This document shows positions 54,670 to 64,000 of a DNA stretch of 64,000 bases, in pieces. Within the stretch, counting starts at the first letter, position 1. Every line of letters starts with the position of its first letter. Origin of the DNA: Lama glama (taxonomy: Eukaryota); assembly GCA_028534125.1 (NCBI GenBank), contig CM052816.1, positions 49,292,001 to 49,356,000 of the forward strand. Reading direction: 5' to 3'. A model generated the notes under the pieces. It was not told the origin of the DNA. It did no database searches and was given only the letters and a program-made list of their open reading frames with translations. Both the position numbers and the translations under genes were made by a program.

Positions 54670-55220
54670 GGATATGACAGACACCCCTTGTGACCCTTCC
54701 CATGAGTCATACCCTTGTGTGATCCCTTTAACTAGAGTGTGGAAGGATCTGTGACTTGCTTCTAGGCAAAAGAATATGGCAGAAATTATGCTTTTTTTTT
54801 TTTTTAACCTTAAATACTGTTTAGCAGACTGGAGCCAGAAATTCTCCTACTGGCCTTAAAGAAGCAAAAGGCCACGTTGGAAACCACCCAGGAAAAAGAC
54901 CCCATGGCAGGGAAGTGTGGGCAGCCTCTAGGACCTAAGAGGACCAAAGCCAGTAACCAGCAAGAAGCTGGAGCCCTCAGTCATAGAGCTGCCAGGAAAT
55001 TAATTCTGCCCACAACCTGAATGAGCCCCCAAACAGATTCTTCCTTATTTCAGACTCTAGGTGAGAACACAGTCTGGTCAAATCTTGATTGTACAGAGCA
55101 GAGGACCCAGCCAACACATGCTTGACTCAGCCCATAGAAGCTGTGAGACGCTAAATGTGTACATTTTTAAGCTCTTACCTGTGGAGCAGTTTGCTAAGTG
55201 GCAATAGAAAATGAATATAC
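54670..55220 (+). mobile_element. MLT1E/F-like MaLR solo LTR
   Basis: tgtgacttgcttcta; gcagcctctaggacc; aattctgcccacaacctgaatgagc; gcaatagaaaatgaata. Confidence 0.88.
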
Positions 55221-55254
55221 CCAGCGTCACCAAATTGAACAGAACTGTATTTTT

Positions 55255-56775
55255 TAATCTTTTTTTTTTCTTTTTCATTTTTGGTGAGAATATTTAAGTT
55301 CTACTCTCAGCACATTTCTATTGTGCTTTACATTATTATCAACTATACTCTCCATGTTTTACATTAGCTCCTCAGACATTCATCTTATAGCTGAACATCT
55401 AAACCCTTTTACTAACCTCTCCCTATTTCCCCCACTCCTCAGCTCCTGCAACCAGTTTTCTACTATTTGTTTCATTGAGTTTGGCTTATTAGATTTCACA
55501 TGTAAGTAGTACAATGCCATATTTTACTTTCTTGGTCTGACCTATTTCATTTAGCATAATGCCCTCAGGGTCCATCTGTGTTGGCCCAAATGCAGCATTT
55601 CCTTTTTTCTCATAGCTGAATAATATCCCACTGTGTGTGTGTTTGTGTGTGTGTGTAGTGTTTGTGTTTTTGTGTCACATCTTCTTGATTCATTCATCCA
55701 TTGATGGGCGCTTAGTTTGTTTCCGTAACTTGGCAAATACAAGTAATGCTGCAGTGAACATAGAGTGCAGATACCTCTTCAGCAGCCTATTTTCATTTCC
55801 CTTGGATATATACCTCCAAGGGGAAATTCTGGATCATATGGAAGTTCTGTTTTTAATTTTTTGAGGAACCTCTAGACTATTTCCATAGTTGATAAACCAA
55901 TTTGCATTCTTACCAGTAGGGCCCAAGGTTTCCCCTTTCTCCACATCATCATCAACACTTATCTCTTGTCTTTTAGATGACAGTCGTTCCAGCAGGTATG
56001 AAGCAATATCTCACTGCGGTATTGATTTGCATTTCCCTGATGGTTAGTGATGTGGAGCACTTTTATGTGTACCCTTTGGTCATTTGTATTTCTTTTTTGG
56101 AAAAATACTACTCCTCTAACTGTTTCTTAATAAGACTTTTTTTGATATTTGGGGTTGTATGAGTTCTTTATATATTTTAAAAATTAGTCTTATCTAGATA
56201 CAGGATTTTCAAATATTCCATTCTATAGGCTGCCTTTTCTTTTTGTTTCCTTTGCTATATGCAAAGGCTTTCTGGTTTGATATAGTCCCACATGTATACT
56301 TTTGCTTTTTTGCATTTGCTTTTGATGTCAAACCCAAAAACTTAATACCAAGACCAGTGTCAAGGACCTTACTCCCTATGTTTTCTTCCAGGAGTTTTAT
56401 GGTTTCAGGTCTTATATTTTACTCTTTAATCCATTTTGAGTTGATTTTTGTGTATGATGTAAGACAGTGGTCCAGTTTTATTCATTTGCATGTGGCTGTC
56501 TAGTTTTCTCAGCATTATTTACTGAAGAGACTATCTCTTTCCCATTGTGTATCCATGGCTCCTTTGTCATAATTTAATTGATATATATTCATGGGTTTAT
56601 TTCTATGCTTTCTGTTCTATTGATCTATGTCTAGTTTTACAAAACACCGTGCTGTTTGACTACTGTAGCTTTGTAATAGGTTGAAATCAAGAAGTGTGAT
56701 GTCTCCCACCTTGTTCTTTTTCAAGTTTGCTTTGGCTATTTGGGGGTCTTCTATGATTCTACAAAATTATAAAAT
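55255..56775 (-). mobile_element. L1 (L1MA-like) 3' portion
   Basis: Antisense 3' UTR and ORF2 motifs (ttttcttccaggagttttatggtttcaggtctta). Confidence 0.92.
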
Positions 56776-58044
56776 TTGTAATATATGTAGCATTGCCATT
56801 GGAGAAGAACAGAATTTGGTGAATGGTTTTTCCAGAACAGATTGATTTTCTGCAGAGTAAAATAAGTGGCAGAACTGTTTTCAGGTTAAAGAACATAAAT
56901 TTTAAAAGATGGAATTACATATTAGTTTTTAGCAAAATGAGATTAAAGTACTAGGAGTAATATATTATATGTTAAATGATAAAGATACAGTATTACTATT
57001 TTGAAATTTTAATCAATGTATCTTATAAATCTATATTATTGGAAAGAAGGAAATAATGTGAACTACTGGATGTTTGAAAAACTTGCTTGACTAAAATTAA
57101 AAGCTGCAGAATCTTAAGACTAAATACAAATGCATAATGTTAAGAAAAAACTGAATTTTGCATTATATATGAAAGGATTGGGATAATTCACTGAAGAAAT
57201 ACTACTAATTTTTATAAAGGATAGATACTAAGAATTTTGCGTTAAATTTTCATGAAATAGAATTTGGTTGGACATAAGAAGGAAAGCCTATGACAATAAT
57301 ATTTGCTTAAAATTGTAGAACAGCTGTAGAGGGTGAAAAATTGCTGTCTGTAGAATGAAAGAATGACTCAGTTACCATCCATCTTAGGTGATCCATAATT
57401 CTCCTTCAGCTGCTCTGAGAATGTGGGAGCCCTGTGGCTGCTCCGCTAGAAGTGCTGCCTACGAAACTGGAGCAGCAGCAGGGGCTGGTTATGGAGCACA
57501 AGTTCCGGTGCTTCAGCTCTTGGCTGTGTCTGCAGATCGCTATACTTGTCACCAAACCAGTGCTCATAACACAGCTACCTCTGCTGAACTGTTAAGGGCT
57601 AGAGTCAAACAGGTTCTCCCAGGTCTGGAGACCAGCCCTAGCAGAGGTCTCGGGAGAGCAGATAGAAGTGAGGTGGTCACCCTGGAAGTGAGAGATTCTC
57701 CTTGGTGACACCTCCATTGGATGACCTGGTACAGTAGGTCAGGGGCTATGGTGCCTGGAGGACATTGGGCTGTCGTGTGCCTCGTATCTGCTGGACATAA
57801 TCAGTATAGGCTGGTGTCTTAACCGTTATTGCCCCTCAAAAAGAAAGAAATCTAATTTTTACTTACAAATGTTGTTAGAGACACATTTCAGAACATACTT
57901 AGAGATGATCTCTCTCAAAGAATTGAAATTTTCCATTGCCTTTTTCATGAAGTGTTTATTTGATGGAACTTTGTGTTTATCTGTTGAGAAAGCTCATGGC
58001 CGTAAATGACCTTGATGAGCTTCTTTTAGTTTCCATGTCCTTCC

Positions 58045-58205
58045 TGTCTGGATTTCAAACTCTGCCCTATGTTTTCTTAACGCTGTTATCTTGGATAAAG
58101 TACCTACTTCATTTCTCTTTTCTCAAGTACCTCATCTAAAAATGGAGATAATACCTTACTGAAATGCCAAAATAAAGTAAGATTATAAATGCATAGTACT
58201 CAACT
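58045..58205 (+). mobile_element. MIR fragment
   Basis: ttcaaactctgcc...tcttggataaagt...cctcatctaaaaatggagataata. Confidence 0.65.
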
Positions 58206-60064
58206 TTTGCATCTTTGTTTTTCCCATAAATATACAGTTTTAAATTATGACTGTGTTCTCTTCAAAAGGTCCAAATTTAATCCTTAAAACTTTTTAGGAG
58301 AAGGAACTCCAGCTTTCTTTCAGGAATCTACAGAAATAAATTTTATTGCACCACAGTACATTCAATGAAATATGAACTCTCACATATTTCCCACACTGAC
58401 ATCTTTTGAACTTTGCAAGAATTACATGTAAGCCTAAAGAAACTGCTGTTGACCTTTGCTTATACCTCAGATTTACAGTTAAAGGTTTGAAAGGTCAATG
58501 GTCTATTATTTTTCTACCTTTTGTATTTGTCTGTATGTAGGGGTGTAAAAGTGGCAAAAATAACAGAGCAAGTTAAAGTGTCTGATACGGCTCTGATACG
58601 CTGACCCTCACAAAGTCAATGTGTAAAGCACTGTGTTTGGTTGAAAGGCCAGCTATATCCTCTCTTCAAAGGACCCGCTGTCCTCCTCACCCCTCTAATT
58701 CTCTTAAACAGATATTTGCACAAGTATACCACTTAGTAGTATTTGAGTTATTACACTGTATGTTTTGATCTTTCACATCCATCATGATGCTAGTAATAAG
58801 ATAGACAATACAATTTTTTTTTCTCCAAAAACTATGAAGATAAGTAGACTGTCATCAATCACGTTAGAATAAGTATAGGAAAAGTTAACGTCCTGTGTCA
58901 GTGGAAAGTTTTATATTATGGCTTCAGATAATGAAGATTAGCAAAGCACTTTTCCAAGATGCAATTCTGATTAGTTAAAATGAGTGAAAAATGGTATTCT
59001 AATCTCACTGGAGTTTCCTAAGAACAGCCATCCCAGAAATCTAATAACAGTCACATGGCACAGTCGTTCTGGAACTTTTTCATAACTTCACCCAGTGAAG
59101 TTTCATTGACTTCCTGTGGCTTTAATCTGGTTGGGGAGATATGCCAATGTAGCTTCTGTAATGTAGAAGAAAGGAGAAAGCTGTAATTTGGGAACATTCT
59201 TCTGTCAAGTAATTTAGATTTGTTTGTTTCTTACTCTTAAATATGGTCTCTCTAAGTTGGATCTAGCCATTGACCAGAAGCACTGATCAGGAATGGCAGA
59301 CTGAGAATAAATTGCTCTCTGCATTGGTCATGGCAATACTTGGATAAGGAGGAAATGAAACACCCTGGAAGTACTTCAAGACCAGCAGGACAAAGGCAAA
59401 AATGACAAGGCTAAAATTCTGATTGGTGATACCACTTTTCCCAGATGAAAGCTTTCTTCCTTGTTGGAACCTTCAGTCTATGTATTCATTCTTTATATTG
59501 AGCACATCTGTTGTCTTGGCATTTGTTTGGCCATTATTTCTGCAAAATAAGCATATTAAAATTTGAAGACAGTTCTCAAGCTCCTTAAATCTTCTGTTCA
59601 GAGATGTTGTTAAATTGTTCAATCTCTTACTCATTTTCTGATATGTGTTGTATATTCTTCTGCATCTTAATTTTAAGTTTGTCACTTCATATATTTACCT
59701 TGTTTCCTAATTAAAGTGAGGTGTAGAAGGGAAAGGAGGAGGGAAAAAGAGCAAAAGACAGACCTTGCAAACAGGTAGATGAACAAAGAAATAGAAGTTT
59801 CTTTTTTTTTTTTTTTTTTGGCTTTGTATCTTACTTGGAGTAAATATTTAACTCCAAATTCTGTTTGGAAGGGAGTGGCAGTGAATAACAGGATCACCAT
59901 CAAACCGAAGGAAGTAGAAAGAAAACATGAAAAAGCGAGAGTAAGAGAAAATTAAAAACTGAATTGACAAAGTAGAAGGGAGGAGAGAGAGGGGGGAGAA
60001 AAAGAAAGCTATGTAATAAAGTAAAAATAACATCCAGCATTTGTTGGGGGTTATTTCTTTTCTG

Positions 60065-60195
60065 ATCATTTAATGTTCACAACAATCCTGCAAGGGCTTT
60101 ATCTTGAATTTTGCAGATCAAGACACTGACTCAGAGAGGCTTAAATAACTATTCTATGGTGAAACCAAGGTCTGCAAGAACGACTGTCTGATCCC
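60065..60195 (-). mobile_element. MIR fragment
   Basis: catttaatgttcacaacaatcctgcaagg...ttttgcagatcaagacactgactcagagagg. Confidence 0.7.
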
Positions 60196-60947
60196 AATGT
60201 ATAGGAATGCCATCATCTACTAAAACATAGTGGCTATTTTGATTTCCTGAAGAATCTTTTCTTGACTTTCATGATAAATAAAATTTCTTCAGGGGTAAAG
60301 AATCAGATTAGCCTCAAGGAATATGTGCCAAGGCACCTAAATGCATGGTTGACCTTTCATGTGACCCTGGCTATAAATTTACATGAGTAACAGCCTAGTT
60401 TTAAATTCTTAGACTTTTAGTTTAATAAATATTAATATTCTTTCACACTTGAATGTATGCCAGTCATTTTAGGAAGGATAATTAAATTTTAATCAACTGA
60501 TAGACTTATATATTATCTAAAATTTAAAGAGTTTATTATAATTAAGACAATTTAAGCATGATAGAACTTTTCTAGGCATTCCACAAAGGTGATTGTTAAT
60601 TCTTTAAGTAAACCACAGGGCAAAATTAAAGCATGCAATTGGAAATAGGCATTTCAGAAGTCCATAATAAATTCAGCTTTTGAGATTTACACAGCTGTCT
60701 CTGTATTAAACAATGAAGAACAGATAGGGGGAGATTTTAGATTTATCAACCAAGTGGTAAGTGAATCTCTATACATTTCATGGGGTTTGATAAGCATCTA
60801 AGGTTTCTGGAAGTTACTAGAATTTTATTTCAAACCAATTTTTTAGTTAGAAAATGAGTTATAATGTCCTGTGAGACTAAGCTTTTACAGATAACATTGG
60901 GGTAAATCTTACTCATCCCTGGGATAACAAATGCTTTTTTCATTGGT

Positions 60948-61070
60948 AATCATTCATTTACTCATTAACTACTCAGTACCTATAATGTGACTAGCATAAG
61001 GCTCAGGTAGTGAGGACAGAGGTATAAATAAGATATGACCACTTCCTCTCAGATAAGTACACAATCTTGT
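60948..61070 (-). mobile_element. L2 3' end fragment
   Basis: cattcatttactcatt...tactcagtacctataatgtg. Confidence 0.55.
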
Positions 61071-64000
61071 AAAATGTGAAAAATAATTACCCTTCTGAGA
61101 AGCAAGTGCTCATAGAGGATGTAAGTAAGATCAAACTTCTGCCAGGAGTAGTGATTGAGGAAAGAGCATTAGCCAGGAAATACTCTTGAGAAGAAATGGC
61201 ATTTTAGCAGGATTGAGTAAATTAATTAGATAAAATAGGTTTTCATTGTTCAGTGATATTCTCAGAACAGACCTGTCAAAGTGCTGCTTCCTGTTTCCGC
61301 CAAGTACTGCAGCTTGGCATTCTGGGAAACACTTTAAAAGCTGTTGTTGTCTTGTTTTTAACAAGATGATGTAATGCTTATGTTACTTTCCATGGAAAGA
61401 CCACTCTTTTCCTCAAATATGAAGATTTCCTTTGTTACTCAAAAAACTGAAATTACAAGATTATTCATCCACTGTAAATTGAACCTCTGAAATAAGAGGC
61501 ACTCAAAGCCTGCAGGAGAGCACACAAGAAATTTCTGACCCTAGGATTTGCCAGAAAGACACCTATAAGCAGTATTTCCCCTTCCTAAGAAAGAAGCCTT
61601 ATGACCTGTCCCCATATCTATTCAGCCTTTCTTAGCTTCCCCCAAATCCCTATGCCACTCTCCACTAAAAACTCACCTTCACCCACTTAAGCTCCATCCC
61701 TCCCTGGTCCACACTGTATTTTTGTCTCTTGGCTCATTTCAGCTAAAAGACTAATAGAATTTCTTCTGTAATGGCTCTCATAACCCTAGGCAGTTTCGTA
61801 TAGATGCAGCCAGACTGTGAGCTTGTAGGCGTGATCTGGAGCCTTGAACTTCTAGAGATTTTTTTCTCCCTTACTGGAGAAACAATCTTTAGCATAGCTA
61901 CATATGCATCTCGAATTTTATTCTGCAAAATTATGCCTTTTAGCTTCATTTTTATTTTTATTTTATTTTTATTTCGTTTTTATTGTTACAGGGACACAAT
62001 AACAAAGATACATTGAAGAATTTCTTCAGGCTGTAAAAAAAAATGAGTTAAAGGAGTTCACTTTTTCAGCATATTAAATTGTCAGAATAAAGTGATTAGC
62101 ACGGTCATGGAATTTCAGATTGTCATAAAACCTGATAACATTTTCCTAGCCTTTTTACATTAAAGATAAAGTGAGACTCTGAGTCTCACTACCTAATTTT
62201 TAACCTTCTTTCCTTCTTTAAGCTGTTTATTTTAAAATCTTTAAATTGTTTATAGCATGATTTGCACACTTTGTTTGAATGTGTTTAGTTTTTATAATCA
62301 AAATTTTCAAAATAGAGTTGTTAGTATTTCCCCCTGACACTTATAAAGATTTTTCAGTTATTGGCCAAAAACAAAAGCAAAACATATAGAAGTACCCCCA
62401 AATACCTTCTTTTAAAGAGCAAATAGAAATTTCTGCCACTCAGACTAAAATACTCAGTAATTTATTCTACCTTACAGATGGATAGCATCAACAGCATCCC
62501 ACAGAGAGAAAGATACATAAGCAAAACGTTTAAAAGCTGTAATATGTCTGGTCTGATAATTGAGGTGTCTCCTCATTAGTTTTTCATTCTTGCCCAAGAA
62601 GAGTAATGGCTGTGTTTCCTTTCACTTACTCTAATCAAACGATTTGAACTAGTTTGCTAAAGGACTGGGAGAAAGAACATGTGAGAAGGAAAGCAAGTTT
62701 TCAGGGAAAATGAAGGAAAGAAAAATACAGTGAAGTCAGGCATAGAGCAAGTCCACCATGTGTCTTAACATGACTTACTACACGCAGTTGAGAGCAAGAC
62801 CTCTGACCTTCCTTCTTTCTATTTCTGTAACGTTTACCCACTCATAGGTAAAATCACATCATATTTTAGTGCAGTTGACTGAACAATATTATTTGAATTA
62901 ATCCTCCTAGCTACTTTTATTTTTAATCAACATTCAAGAAAAAAATGGCTAGCTCCTTTTAGCTGCATGTTCTGCAGTTTTACTACATTTTTAATGTGAA
63001 AAAAAAATTCCTACTGAGTAGTAATAGTTATCCAGAGAAAACCATTTACGTTGTTCTCATAGGCAGTCAAACAGAAGGACTCTGAACAACAGTTGATCAG
63101 TATAAAACAGAATTAACTTGTAGTAACAGAATAAAAGTGTAGTAACTATTTAAGAAATAAAATCTGCACTGCCTCTGTCTCAGCATAGCGTGTCTAGCAT
63201 GAATGTTTTTTATTTTTTAAATTACTAGTATCCTTTTATTATTATTATTTTTGCTACAAAGAGATGATAACCAGAAGAACAATTGAACAAATGACAATGT
63301 ATTTTTCACTCTCTGGAAAAAGATGAGAAAAAAATTCAACTGCCTGTCACATTTTATCTTGGCTTTTTCATATGATATGAACACTTAAATGTATCCCCTC
63401 ATTGATCTTTATATTTACCTGTTAATGTGAAACATTTCTAAAACTACATAGCATACCACAAATTTCTTGTAGACTTTGTGAAAATTGAAAAAATTATCAA
63501 AGAATGATGGTTTTCATATCAAATTAACATCAAACAGTAAGATATCACTTAGTCTTTATGATAGGATACGCAGATAGGAAGAAGACCTAATTTATTTTTC
63601 AACAGAAAAGGGAAAAGCTTGTGTCAGAAAGTGTGATTAAAATGTAACACTTGCCTGTTAGTGAGACTGTGCAGAATAGATGAGAACTTGGAAAGTAAGT
63701 GCTAGATGAAAACCTATTATGCATATGCTCTTTAATTTGCCATGCTCAATCATTTTCAAATTGTGATCACCCAAAGTAAAAACAGAATAGCTGTCATTAG
63801 TATCTAGTGGTGTGAAGAAAAAAATATATATATTTGACCTCAGTACTATAAAAAGGCTAAACTCTAAGCCCATCTATGTAAGTTAAATTTCAAGATTGAA
63901 ACATATCATTGACTAACAAAAATTTTAATGAAAATCTAAACATAATTTAATCCTAAAACACCAAGATACATAGTATTGAGTGGATCTCTAATATTATCAA

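Noticed and set aside
62461..62570. Strong acceptor (tttattctaccttacag) followed by ATG
   Set aside because: Only weak donors downstream, and the short peptide is unrecognisable
1..64000. CRISPR arrays, operons, tRNA/rRNA/snRNA genes, non-retroviral endogenous viral elements
   Set aside because: Sequence is mammalian; no regularly spaced repeats or recognisable RNA-gene or viral protein motifs seen by eye

Overview
AT-rich, repeat-dense eutherian genomic DNA. The young L1 3' ends and the lack of Alu, B1, Bov-tA, PRE-1 or CanSINE elements suggest a camelid host (inference). No protein-coding gene, tRNA, rRNA or CRISPR array can be supported. Nearly all ORFs in the track are L1/ERV remnants or chance ORFs. 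The window holds many L1 copies (mostly minus strand), L2 and MIR relics, MaLR/ERVL/ERV1 LTRs, MER5A and Tigger DNA transposons, and microsatellites. The most notable structures are: (1) a two-LTR ERV-L provirus reduced to leader plus dUTPase region; (2) two dispersed local duplications (~275 bp joined to an L1 patch, and 100 bp at 96% identity); (3) a twin-primed 5'-inverted L1; (4) a CpG-retaining unique block at ~5.5-5.9 kb with an open frame bounded by splice-like signals. I cannot demonstrate a new biological system here. Repeat subfamily names come from recalled consensus resemblance, and boundaries are approximate.
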